Origin: Bryobacteraceae bacterium
Lineage (GTDB): Bacteria; Acidobacteriota; Terriglobia; Bryobacterales; Bryobacteraceae
Direction: 5' to 3'
NCBI GenBank assembly: GCA_045807925.1
Contig: JBJMGK010000213.1
Location: 64,252-128,251, forward strand
Length of the DNA: 64,000 bases
Shown here: positions 49,870 through 59,175 of the stretch, piece after piece
Numbering within the stretch: position 1 is the stretch's first letter
Layout of the letters: the number at the start of each line of letters is the position of its first letter
Translations under genes and position numbers: made by a program
The notes under the pieces: model-generated
What the model was told of the DNA's origin: nothing
Databases searched by the model: none
What the model saw: the letters and a program-made list of their open reading frames with translations, nothing else

Positions 49870-50029
49870 CAGCCTTCAACCGACGCCGTTCTCTCCTATC
49901 TGATTTGTCGATTATCATTCCGAGTCGGGATCCACCGGGTCCTAACGTGTTACTCGTAGCGCGTGCGAATGCCGGTGCGGAAGCCCATGCAGCCGCTACT
50001 CCATCTCTAGCTAAATTCCCTCGGGACTC

Positions 50030-50827
50030 TCAGTGAGTTTGAGGTAGAAAGAGGTCCAGGATGGAGAACCCGACGATCAGCGCCTCACCGCGAGTTCTCC
50101 TTTGACACCGAATTGTGGCTGGACCGTACAATAAACTGAGCAAACACCGGCGGCTTAATGGGGAGCGTCAGTTGAGCCTCTGGGCCTAAACCGAGGGCTT
50201 GATCGTATATTCCGCGTTGAATCGGTCTGATATCGGTGCCCGTGTCCGCCGTGAGTTTTCGATAGTAGTAACCGGACCCGCCCAGATATAACCCGCCCTT
50301 CAAAAACTTCTTACCCAGGCCGTATTCGACCGTGAACATGTTTCCCGGCTTGATGTCCTGGCCGGACTTCCTTTGATTGCTCTCCCAGGTAGTCAGTAGA
50401 GAGGCGTTCAACGTCTTCGCTTGGTCCAGATGCAAGGTCGCGCCCAATTCAAATTGATTCTCGAAAAATCCAAGGCCTACGTTTGACAATGCGTCCGAGC
50501 TGTAATCGCCAGTCGGAGCATAGAATCCATAGCTAAACAGAATATCTGTTCTCGATTTGTTCCAGCCCAAGATCACGGGCTCGAAGAAAATATCTGATAC
50601 GCCCGCCTTTGACGCGCTCCCGCTTGGCAAAAGATTATTTACTAGGCGCTGCTTTACGACTGGGACGATAAATGAGAAGCCCTAGTCGGCACCGAGGAAT
50701 TTTGTCTTTGTTACGGCAGTTATGGCGGCAAGTAATGCCCGATCTCTTGAGCAACAGCGGACGCGCCAAGGGAAAGCAGTACGAAAACAGACAGCAATAA
50801 ACGGAAAGACTTAAGATTCGTCAGCAC
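50030..50827 (-). pseudogene. MetA-pathway/transporter-family outer-membrane protein, disrupted
   Basis: The signal peptide frame (VLTNLKSFRLLLSVFVLLSLGASAVAQEIGHYLPP*) ends in TAA. The body continues in another frame through an in-frame TAG (..FLGAD*GFSFIVPV..) into the 181-aa ORF 50085..50630. The C-terminal strands (..QFGVKGE.., ..TRGEALIVGFSILDLF..) lie in the two other frames. Confidence 0.6.
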
Positions 50828-51227
50828 CTGGGGCTCCGGCTGATCGAGATCACGTCGGTGTGCCAACTTAAGAGTTGATTAGACCTGTCTCGATTCAAAA
50901 TCTGTAGACAGATCCCCATTTCCCTGATTCCCGTGAAATCCAAGGAGCAGACAAAGCTGGTACATCTCGAGCAGATCGGTGGCGGTTGCGAATCGGGCTG
51001 TGCCAATACCCGCTCCAGATTGCGATGGAAATTTCCTTCTGCAAAATTTGCGTAAGCGGGGTTGCCGGATTCGAGAATCGATTCATCTAAGCACGGATTA
51101 ATACGCTCGAAAACAGCTTGACACACCCGAGAATGTAAGAGATGGCGATGTTACGTCAGCGCACTCTTCCCGGGTGTCGGCGAACAGGCAGTGTGGCCCG
51201 GCACCTGTCAACGCCTCTTCGGCTGGC

Positions 51228-52634
51228 CTATTCAGGTCGGATCTTGTGCAACTCCTCCTCGTGGGTGGATGTGTAACTGGATTTCGGCACGAAGTCCAAC
51301 GGCGACCCAGGTTTGGTGAGTTCTTCTCTCTTGGTACTTGCCACGAACGCCTTGAGCAACCGGGCAAAGTGCTCGATCGTCCAGGTGTGAAGGTATTTCA
51401 CGTTAAGGGGCTCGCGTTCCTTGGGGTCCACGTCAAGGTTGATGATATTCGGGGTGGGAAGAGTTAGAACCGGATCGGTCAAGTACATCTGCTTCCTAAT
51501 TACACATTTGAAGTTGCGCCACTTGGCACCATAGAGCTGGTCGGCATTCCAGTAGAGAAAGCCTTCGCGATTGGATTCCTTTTGTTCTCCGGAGAGCCAC
51601 GCCGACTGGTCGACACCATCCATTTCACGGTCGTCCGGTACCGATATGCCCGCCATCGCCGCCAGTGTCGTGAACCAATCAACGCAATGCATAATCTCGT
51701 TGCTGTGCACGCCGGAGGCGATTTTGCCCGGCCACCGCGCAATACACGGCGTGCGCAGCGATCCCTCCATCCCGGTGAAGTACGAGCCTTCCCAGAACCC
51801 CGCGGTTCCTCGGTCCAGCAGGATCTCCTCATTGCCGTTGTCTCCGGCAAATACAACAATAGTGTTCTGACGAATGCCAAGCTCATCGAGCTTATCCAGA
51901 ATCCTGCCAAAATCGTCGTCAAGTTGTAGCAGGCAATCCGCCCAATCTCCATGTCCGCTCTTACCCTTGTACTCGGCACGCGGGGAAACCGGCAGATGCA
52001 TCAATGTATGGTTGTGGTAGAGGAAGAAGGGCTTTCCGGACTTGGCGTTCTCTTCGATAAACAGGAGTGCGCGGCGGTTGTACTCCAGATCGAGTTTCTC
52101 CACCTTGAGCTCGAACGTGATCTTTTCTCGCTTGACCACTTTTTCACCTTTACGCCCTTCATACATGAACGCCTCAGGATCACGTCCCGGAACGTACCAA
52201 GGATCTTGGGACCAGAGAGCGCAGTCATATGAACCCGGAGGGCCGTACCATTGATCGAAACCGTGGTCGGTCGGCCAACGCCCGTCTTCTTCACCGATGT
52301 GCCACTTTCCCATGCATGCCGTGGCATAACCAGCCCCTGAGAAGAGGTCACCCATAGTGCGCTCCCAGGCCGTCAGGCCGCCAGGAATACCTGGTACGGT
52401 CGCCTTTGTATTTCCGGAGCGGATGGCATGGCGGCCGGTCATCAGTGCAGCCCGCGTGGGGGTGCACTGGGCCTCGGGCGCGAAGTTAAGCATTTTGAAG
52501 CTTTCATTGGCAAACTGATCGATGCGTGTAGTCTCAGCGCCGCGCAAAATGCCTCCGCCGTAGCACCCAAGCTCCCCATACCCCAGGTTGTCCACATGGA
52601 AATAGAGAACGTTCGGCTTACGGTCTTGTGCCAT
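51228..52634 (-). CDS. arylsulfatase-family sulfatase (Cys-type, CTPTR)
   Basis: N-terminal NVLYFHVDNLG and the FGly motif QCTPTRAALMTGR. Confidence 0.9.
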   Translation of the reverse strand: MAQDRKPNVLYFHVDNLGYGELGCYGGGILRGAETTRIDQFANESFKMLNFAPEAQCTPTRAALMTGRHAIRSGNTKATVPGIPGGLTAWERTMGDLFSGAGYATACMGKWHIGEEDGRWPTDHGFDQWYGPPGSYDCALWSQDPWYVPGRDPEAFMYEGRKGEKVVKREKITFELKVEKLDLEYNRRALLFIEENAKSGKPFFLYHNHTLMHLPVSPRAEYKGKSGHGDWADCLLQLDDDFGRILDKLDELGIRQNTIVVFAGDNGNEEILLDRGTAGFWEGSYFTGMEGSLRTPCIARWPGKIASGVHSNEIMHCVDWFTTLAAMAGISVPDDREMDGVDQSAWLSGEQKESNREGFLYWNADQLYGAKWRNFKCVIRKQMYLTDPVLTLPTPNIINLDVDPKEREPLNVKYLHTWTIEHFARLLKAFVASTKREELTKPGSPLDFVPKSSYTSTHEEELHKIRPE

Positions 52635-52796
52635 TTGTTGCTCCTTTTATTTGGCTGCTTTTGCTCCCTCCGCAGCAGGAGGCCCCGTTTAAGGCCTTTT
52701 AGGGCCTTTCAATAAGTGCCAGGCGCAGATATCCCGCTGCTGCCCGGAACCGCACAGCATCTTTCTTGTCGTCAAAGAGCGGGACTAAATCTTCCT

Positions 52797-53531
52797 TTAT
52801 CGCCGGGTCGCTGCGTATTGAAGGGCGTGAACAGCGGCGGCCCGCACCGACCATTCCTTATCGGACAAAGCGGCCTTAATCGCATTCTGTGTCTCAGCGT
52901 CAGTCTCGTTCTCCAGCATTAACACTACAGAAGCGCGTGCGGATGCACCGGGATCGGAAAGGATTCCCTGAGCGGATGCCATGCCCAGTCCGAAGCCGGG
53001 TATGGGTACCGCGGCGGCTGCCACTGTCATGAAGAGCTTTGTGGGTGTTTGGAGCATTCGGAACGCACCCCGCTTCTGAGCGGTCACAAAACTGGAGGAC
53101 GTTTTCGATTGGCCGGTCAGCATGGAAACGAGTGTCTCCTTACCGATTGGTTGCTTCAAACGGAATAGGGCCATGCTGGCGGCGAATCCGACCTCCGGCG
53201 CGGCGTCTTTGAGCGCCTTTTCCAGGGTCGGCGTAAGCGTTGGATCCTTGAAATCGCCCAGGCACGATACGACTGCCACCCGGACGGGCACGTCCTTGTC
53301 CTGCTCCAGCATAGTAGCCAACTGGGACGTGACTTTCTCGTGGGCCCCTACAAGACTGACGGCGAACACTGCTTCGCGCCGGGTATCGGGGTTCTTTTCC
53401 TCCACTGAACGGATTAAGATGTCTCTGGCGCGCTCTTGCGTTGCATCCAGGTTTTGCTGCCCGAAACAGATTGCGCTGCCAAGGAGAAGTGCACTGCATG
53501 CTTTAAGACGGCTTGTCGATCGAGTTTTCAT
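52797..53531 (-). CDS. HEAT-repeat protein, exported
   Basis: Signal peptide from MKTRSTSRLKACSALLLGSAICFGQQ and repeated ...D..VR.AAV.AL... HEAT-like units. The upstream ORF extension to 53732 was rejected. Confidence 0.7.
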   Translation of the reverse strand: MKTRSTSRLKACSALLLGSAICFGQQNLDATQERARDILIRSVEEKNPDTRREAVFAVSLVGAHEKVTSQLATMLEQDKDVPVRVAVVSCLGDFKDPTLTPTLEKALKDAAPEVGFAASMALFRLKQPIGKETLVSMLTGQSKTSSSFVTAQKRGAFRMLQTPTKLFMTVAAAAVPIPGFGLGMASAQGILSDPGASARASVVLMLENETDAETQNAIKAALSDKEWSVRAAAVHALQYAATRR

Positions 53532-53616
53532 CCTAGTCACAGCATTCTGGCGGTCCGATGAACAATCAGCCCAGCCTAAGCAGGTCAGTGAGTGTATCCT
53601 GCTGACTGCGACAGCT

Positions 53617-55110
53617 TCAGTGGTAGGTGCTGCCGCCCGCATCTTGGATTTGCCGAAGCACTGCATCCAGGTTGAATGACGCCGGTTTCTGCCGCGGTGG
53701 GAATTCCATGAATGCCCGGATCTGCTGCGCAACGAGATCCTGCATACCGTAGAGGAGATAGGCGTGCGAGATCACCCAGTCCCAGTAGGTATTTGAGTTT
53801 TCGTCGGCACGCTCGAAGGGATCGCGGCGCAGATTGAACATTTTCGGCGCCCGCAGCTTCACGAACGGCTCGAACCAACACATCAACTGACGGGCCCTCT
53901 GCTCCATAAGCACCAGTTTCCAGTCGCCCATACGAACTGCCAGGATTTCGCCGTCGTCGCTGATATAGAAAAAGAATTTGCGGGGGCTTTCCTTGGCTTC
54001 GCCGGTTAAGTAGGGAAGCAAGTTGTAGCCATCAATATGGACCTTGTAGGTCCTCTCTGTGACCTTGTGACCTTTTAGAAGCTTCTCCTTCGTGTCCGTT
54101 TCTCCCGCAGCAGCAAGGAACGTCGGCAGCCAGTCCTGATGGGAGGCGATGTCGTTCAGCACGAGGCCGGCTTTGATTCTGGCTGGCCATCGCACGAAGA
54201 CAGGCACCCGCCAACCCCCCTCCCAATTGGTGTTTTTCTCGCTACGAAACGGAGTAATTCCGGCATCGGGCCAGGTATTGTAGTGAACGCCATTGTCGGT
54301 TGAATACATGACAATGGTGTCTTCGGCGATACCGAGTTCATCCAGCTTATTCAACATTCTGCCGATCAACTCGTCGTGGGCGACCATGGCATCGTTGTAG
54401 TCCCCCTGACCGCTCTTGCCTTTGTGCTGCTCGGCGCAATGGGTCCGGAAATGCATTCCGGTCGTGTTGTACCAAACAAAAAACGGCTTTCCTTCCGCGT
54501 GACTCTTGTCGATGAACTTGAGGGCGTGTTCGGTTACTTCTTCATCGATCGTTTCCATGCGCTTGCGGGTGAGGGGACCGGTATCTTCGATCTTCTGCCC
54601 ACCCTTTCCATCTGCCCAGCAGTGGAGTACGCCTCTGGGTCCGAAGCGCTTCTTGAATTCCGGGTCCTTCGGATAATCTGAGTCTTCCGGCTCCTCCTCG
54701 GCATTGAGGTGATAGAGATTGCCGAAGAACTCGTCGAACCCGTGCACCGTGGGGAGGAACTCGTCTTTATCTCCAAAGTGATTCTTGCCGAACTGGCCAT
54801 TTGCGTAACCCAGCGGCTTGAGCAGTTCCGTGATAGTTGGGTCCTCCGCCCGGATACCGACGTCCGCTCCCGGCATTCCAACCTTTGTCAGGCCAGCTCG
54901 GACCGGATTCTGACCGGTGATGAATGCAGCGCGCCCGGCGGTGCAACTTTGCTGGCCGTAGTAATCAGTGAAAGTCGCTCCTTCATTGCCGATGCGGTCG
55001 ATGTTGGGAGTTCGATACCCCATCTGCCCCCGGTTGTTGTAGCTGATGTTCCACCAGCCGATGTCGTCACCCCAAAGGACAAGAATGTTCGGCTTGCCTG
55101 TTTTTGGCAT
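53617..55110 (-). CDS. arylsulfatase-family sulfatase (Cys-type, CTAGR variant motif)
   Basis: N-terminal NILVLWGDDIG and the motif SCTAGRAAFITGQ. Confidence 0.9.
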   Translation of the reverse strand: MPKTGKPNILVLWGDDIGWWNISYNNRGQMGYRTPNIDRIGNEGATFTDYYGQQSCTAGRAAFITGQNPVRAGLTKVGMPGADVGIRAEDPTITELLKPLGYANGQFGKNHFGDKDEFLPTVHGFDEFFGNLYHLNAEEEPEDSDYPKDPEFKKRFGPRGVLHCWADGKGGQKIEDTGPLTRKRMETIDEEVTEHALKFIDKSHAEGKPFFVWYNTTGMHFRTHCAEQHKGKSGQGDYNDAMVAHDELIGRMLNKLDELGIAEDTIVMYSTDNGVHYNTWPDAGITPFRSEKNTNWEGGWRVPVFVRWPARIKAGLVLNDIASHQDWLPTFLAAAGETDTKEKLLKGHKVTERTYKVHIDGYNLLPYLTGEAKESPRKFFFYISDDGEILAVRMGDWKLVLMEQRARQLMCWFEPFVKLRAPKMFNLRRDPFERADENSNTYWDWVISHAYLLYGMQDLVAQQIRAFMEFPPRQKPASFNLDAVLRQIQDAGGSTYH

Positions 55111-55161
55111 CTCAATCTCCTCGATCTTTTCCTGAAATGCGCTTAGTCTGCGATGACGGGT

Positions 55162-55794
55162 TTAGGCCGGAGCTTTACCCGCCACCTGCAAGTCGTTGTC
55201 AACGCTAAACACGCCTGGCACCTGATTGGCCCGCATACCCGCCATGGCCAAGTCGGCATCTGAATCCACCACACCCGTTAAGGTCACGTTGCCGTTCTTT
55301 ACGATGATGTGGATGGCGTGATAGCCGATAGGAGGATCGTTCGTGATCCCGCCCGCAGCACGTGCGACGGAAGGGCCGGGTCGTCTGCCGCGGTTCGCGG
55401 TGTACCGCTGCAGCGGTGCGTACCCATAGATGCTCGCGTAAACTGCAGCACGAATCCGGTCATCATTTTGAGAAACCGGCAACACTTCGATCTCATTCTG
55501 TACGGTGCCGACACCCTCGATCTTCTTTACCGATCTCTCGATACTTGATTTCAGGGTCGGGCGCGAGGCTTGGCCGCGGAGGATGACAGTATTGCCTTGA
55601 ATACCGAAGTGGATGTTATCGAACACGCCGTACTGAGGCTGGGTAACTATCTGTTTGCGAACCTGCTTTGCCATGTTCAAGACGGCTTGCTGGTTAGCAT
55701 CGGGAGTTGCCGTTTGTTCTTGTGGCGTAGCGAACGCGGTAACTGAGAGGATGCTTACAATGCCCGCGCTGATGACGACGTTTGCCATGTTCAT
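55162..55794 (-). CDS. BON domain-containing periplasmic protein (two BON domains)
   Basis: Signal peptide plus two units of the ...V.V..G.V.L.G.V.S......A...A..V.GV..V.N.L.V pattern. Confidence 0.8.
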   Translation of the reverse strand: MNMANVVISAGIVSILSVTAFATPQEQTATPDANQQAVLNMAKQVRKQIVTQPQYGVFDNIHFGIQGNTVILRGQASRPTLKSSIERSVKKIEGVGTVQNEIEVLPVSQNDDRIRAAVYASIYGYAPLQRYTANRGRRPGPSVARAAGGITNDPPIGYHAIHIIVKNGNVTLTGVVDSDADLAMAGMRANQVPGVFSVDNDLQVAGKAPA

Positions 55795-55967
55795 ACCGCG
55801 ACCTTTCTAGCCCACAGATCCTTTTGCGGCCGAGATACCCTCCAGGTTCACGAGCTAGATGCGATAAGGCGCTCGTGGGCGTAAGAAATCGCGCCTGCAA
55901 AGCTGAGGAGGTCGGCCGTTAGGTTAGCAACCGACGGACAGTAGTCCATCGCTTGCTTGTGCATTTT

Positions 55968-57005
55968 CTACCGATAACTAACAGGCCACGGAATGCGCTC
56001 GCCGGCCACTCGTTGTTGGTGGAAGTAAGGATATGGGAGAGGAGTGTTACTTGCCTCGTCGAGTTTCTTGACTTGTTCCCCCGTCAAGTTCCAGCCGACT
56101 GCTCCCAAGTTCTGGCCTAACTGCTCTTCATTGCGAGCCCCCACAATGACCGAAGAAACCGTCGGGCGCTGTAACAGCCAATTGAGGGCAATCTGCGGCA
56201 CTGTTTTGCCGGTTTCTTTCGCGATCTCATCGATGACATCGACAACCTGATAGATGTGCTCGTTCGGTACCGGCGGCGCCGCTTCGCCGGTCACGTGAAG
56301 ACGGCTTTGATCGGGAAGCGGTTGCCCTCGACGAATCTTTCCCGTCAAACGGCCCCAACCCAAAGGACTCCAGATCAGCGCACCCACCTTTTGATCAACG
56401 CCGAGCGGCATCAATTCCCATTCAAAGTCGCGTCCGATCATCGAGTAGTAGACCTGTTGGCTCACATAGCGCGACCAGCCATACTTCTCCGAAACGGCGA
56501 GAGATTTCATCAGATGCCAACCCGAAAAATTCGAGCAGCCGATATAGCGAACTTTTCCGCTTCGAACCAGCTGGTCCAGCGCGCTCAGCGTTTCTTCTAT
56601 TGGCGAGATCGCATCGAACCCGTGCAGTTGGTACAAGTCGATGTAGTCGGTGTTGAGACGCCGCAGACTCGCTTCGCAGGCTTGAATCAGATGATGTCGT
56701 GAATTGCCGAGATCATTGACACTGGGTCCCATACGAAAAGAAGCTTTGCTCGCCACCAGTACTTGATCGCGGCGGCCTTCGATCGCCTTGCCCAGGATCT
56801 CTTCCGATAATCCGTTCGAGTAAACGTTGGCTGTGTCGAACAGATTGACACCGGCTTCCAGACAGATATCGACGAGTCGTGTTGCTTCCTGAACGTCCGT
56901 CGTTCCCCATGCACGAAAAAATTCCGTGCCGCCTCCAAAAGTTGCTGTACCAAAACTGAGAGCGGGCACTTTCAAACCCGAATAACCGAGTTGTCGATAT
57001 TCCAT
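55968..57005 (-). CDS. aldo/keto reductase
   Basis: MEYRQLGYSGLKVPALSFGT N-terminus and IDLYQLHGFD and IGCSNFSGW motifs. Confidence 0.92.
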   Translation of the reverse strand: MEYRQLGYSGLKVPALSFGTATFGGGTEFFRAWGTTDVQEATRLVDICLEAGVNLFDTANVYSNGLSEEILGKAIEGRRDQVLVASKASFRMGPSVNDLGNSRHHLIQACEASLRRLNTDYIDLYQLHGFDAISPIEETLSALDQLVRSGKVRYIGCSNFSGWHLMKSLAVSEKYGWSRYVSQQVYYSMIGRDFEWELMPLGVDQKVGALIWSPLGWGRLTGKIRRGQPLPDQSRLHVTGEAAPPVPNEHIYQVVDVIDEIAKETGKTVPQIALNWLLQRPTVSSVIVGARNEEQLGQNLGAVGWNLTGEQVKKLDEASNTPLPYPYFHQQRVAGERIPWPVSYR

Positions 57006-57046
57006 GGGGGTCAGATGACTGCCTCACAGTTCAAGTTTCGGTTCAA

Positions 57047-57766
57047 ATGGAACAGCCTGCGGTTGCGGTTTTTGCGACGATAAGAGAACTGGACGAAGAA
57101 CCCGAGGAGGTAGCAATCAGTTTGGGACGGATACTATCGGTCAACATCGGCAAGGCCAGGAATGTGATCGTTAGTGGACGTTCTGTCCGAACGGGTATCT
57201 TCAAAGCACCGGTCGACGGGCGTGTTGCGATCAAACGCACGAAGGTAGAGGGGGACGAAGTAGCTGATCTTCGCGTGCATGGAGGTCCTTATAAAGCGGT
57301 TTACCTTTATCCCAGCGAGCATTACGATTTCTGGAAAAAAGAACTCTCGTTGTCCGAGTTACCGTTTGGCTCCTTCGGCGAGAACCTTACAACCGAGGGG
57401 TTAAGAGAGAAAGCTGTTCACGTCGGAGATCAATTTCAGGTTGGATCTTCGGTCCTCCAAGTGACACAGCCAAGAATGCCCTGTTTCAAACTGGCGCTCC
57501 GGTTTGAACGCGCCGATATGGTGAAAAAGTTTTGGCAGAGCGAGCGGTCAGGAATCTACTTCTCGGTTGTGAAGGAAGGAGAAGTGGAACGCGGGAACAC
57601 AATCGAAAAGATCGAAAGTGATCCGGAACAGGTAAGCATTGCCGAAGTAGTAGGGCTGTACAAGGGCACCGAATGGAGTTCCGATTTGTTGCAGCGGGCG
57701 CTTCGCTCACCGTTGTTCGGAAGCTGGAAGCGGGATATTCAATCGAGATTGACAGAGACGGAATAA
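57047..57766 (+). CDS. MOSC domain-containing protein (YiiM-like)
   Basis: TGIFKAPV..., GDEVADLRVHGGPYKAVY... and QPRMPCFKL motifs. Confidence 0.85.
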   Translation: MEQPAVAVFATIRELDEEPEEVAISLGRILSVNIGKARNVIVSGRSVRTGIFKAPVDGRVAIKRTKVEGDEVADLRVHGGPYKAVYLYPSEHYDFWKKELSLSELPFGSFGENLTTEGLREKAVHVGDQFQVGSSVLQVTQPRMPCFKLALRFERADMVKKFWQSERSGIYFSVVKEGEVERGNTIEKIESDPEQVSIAEVVGLYKGTEWSSDLLQRALRSPLFGSWKRDIQSRLTETE

Positions 57767-57837
57767 GAAAAGAGCAAATTCTCCCCGCGAGTTAAGAACT
57801 TTTCCGAAGATCGTCGACAAAGTCTTTGGAACTATTT

Positions 57838-58014
57838 ATGCCGGAGCTTGTGAAGAACGATCTATCGGTCAAGTCTTTCGCCGCGGAACCTGACGAAGTC
57901 GAAGGGAACTCAAAAGAACGCTATCTGATGATGGCACTGACGTCTCTGTTAGCCATCAATCTGGTCGTCATCTTCGGCGCCTTGACCTTCTACTATTTGT
58001 TAGTGCGAAGATGA
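57838..58014 (+). CDS. possible small tail-anchored membrane protein
   Basis: 58-aa ORF with an acidic N-terminal half and a single strongly hydrophobic C-terminal helix (YLMMALTSLLAINLVVIFGALTFYYLLV) ending in RR. No clear SD. Its 3' end overlaps the convergent gene. Confidence 0.3.
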   Translation: MPELVKNDLSVKSFAAEPDEVEGNSKERYLMMALTSLLAINLVVIFGALTFYYLLVRR

Positions 58015-58347
58015 CGTCGAAGTGGTTCGCGCTTTGCCTTTAGCTTTTGTTTTTGATTTGCCTGTTGCATTGGTAGAGGTATCAGGCTTATCTGACCGCT
58101 TGTCCTTTGCGACATCCGGATTCTCGGTTCCGGGTTTCTGTTCCGGGACGTCATCCTTGTTCTTCGTCGAATGAGTGTCGGGTGTGGGGCGCTCTCCTTT
58201 GCCGACATCCGGATTGTCCGTTCCCGGCTTCTGTTTTGGCACATCTTGAGGGTCGCCGTGGGGAGACGACGGACTTGCCTGCTGGCCCGCAAAGCCCGAA
58301 ACCGAGAGTACAAAAGCCAAAAGCAAAAGGCCGGCTGATCTTTTCAT
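58000..58347 (-). CDS. small secreted Lys/Pro/Asp-rich protein with an internal tandem repeat
   Basis: Signal peptide MKRSAGLLLLAFVLSVSGFAGQQ. Two copies of DVP(K/E)QKPGT(D/E)NPDV(G/A)K... The upstream ORF extension to 58527 was rejected. Confidence 0.55.
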   Translation of the reverse strand: MKRSAGLLLLAFVLSVSGFAGQQASPSSPHGDPQDVPKQKPGTDNPDVGKGERPTPDTHSTKNKDDVPEQKPGTENPDVAKDKRSDKPDTSTNATGKSKTKAKGKARTTSTSSSH

Positions 58348-58482
58348 GGATTCTCTGCTTTGTTGACCAACGCTCGTCAGGATAGGTTTCCGTTCAGCAG
58401 TAAACGCCTTTAGAAACGCCTTCCCAAAACACGGTTGATTTTCGCCCACGAGTCGAGCCACAATACCGGAGTAGGCGAACAA

Positions 58483-59163
58483 ATGGCGAACAGGACTCCT
58501 CTTTTCAACTCTGGTCAGCCTTGGCAATCCGCTTCCGCTCTTCGTCTGGTCAAGGCAGAACCCAAGTTCCCTGCTCTCTCTCTACCGTTGTTAAACGGCT
58601 TATTTCATAACGGTTTACAACGAGGATCCATCACGGAAGTTTCCGGACAAAGATCCTGTGGAAAAACGTCTGTCTGCCTGCACGTGCTGGCGGAAGCCAC
58701 GGGGCAGGGCGAGATATGCGCGGTTGTCGATGCTTATGGAAGCTTTCATCCTGAATCGGCAGCAGATGCCGGCGTTGACCTCAGCCGTTTGCTCTGGATC
58801 AGGTGCAATGGCAATTCCGGACATGCTTTGCGCGCTGCCGATCTTCTGTTACATGCGGGGGGATTCAGCGTCGTTTGTCTCGATTTGTGCGACGTACCCG
58901 TCCGAGTGTTAAATCAAATTCCGCTTTCGTACTGGTATCGTTTCGGGCGCGCTATTGAAAACACGCCCACCACGCTGTTGCTTTGCAACACATTCCCCCA
59001 GGCAAAGTGCTCGACTGCACAAAATCTAGAGCTGAAAAATCAAGAAGTCCATTGGTCGGGTGAGCGACCTGCGGTTCTGCTATCAGGAATCGACACCCTA
59101 GGCGGTTACGCCAGGACTTTACGCAGCAGTACTCAAAGGCTTACGTTGCGGACGGCGGTGTAG
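58483..59163 (+). CDS. imuA: ImuA-like (RecA-fold, SulA-like) translesion synthesis accessory protein
   Basis: GLQRGSITEVSGQRSCGKTSVCLHVLAEAT...AVVDAYGSFHPESAADAGVDLSRLLWIRC, a RecA-like P-loop context. It lies immediately upstream of an ImuB-like gene. GGAG sits 11 nt upstream of the ATG. Confidence 0.75.
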   Translation: MANRTPLFNSGQPWQSASALRLVKAEPKFPALSLPLLNGLFHNGLQRGSITEVSGQRSCGKTSVCLHVLAEATGQGEICAVVDAYGSFHPESAADAGVDLSRLLWIRCNGNSGHALRAADLLLHAGGFSVVCLDLCDVPVRVLNQIPLSYWYRFGRAIENTPTTLLLCNTFPQAKCSTAQNLELKNQEVHWSGERPAVLLSGIDTLGGYARTLRSSTQRLTLRTAV

Positions 59164-59175
59164 GGAGATTGGGTT

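Noticed and set aside
50821-51126. 101-aa minus-strand ORF between the sulfatase and the decayed OMP gene
   Set aside because: It has no motif, no SD and odd composition, and it overlaps the putative start of the pseudogene. It was treated as non-coding. A 6-bp inverted repeat ATCTGTagACAGAT in this region was noted but has no evident function.
53532-53732. N-terminal extension of the HEAT-repeat ORF
   Set aside because: The extension overlaps the end of the upstream sulfatase gene. A proper signal peptide starts at the internal ATG at 53531.
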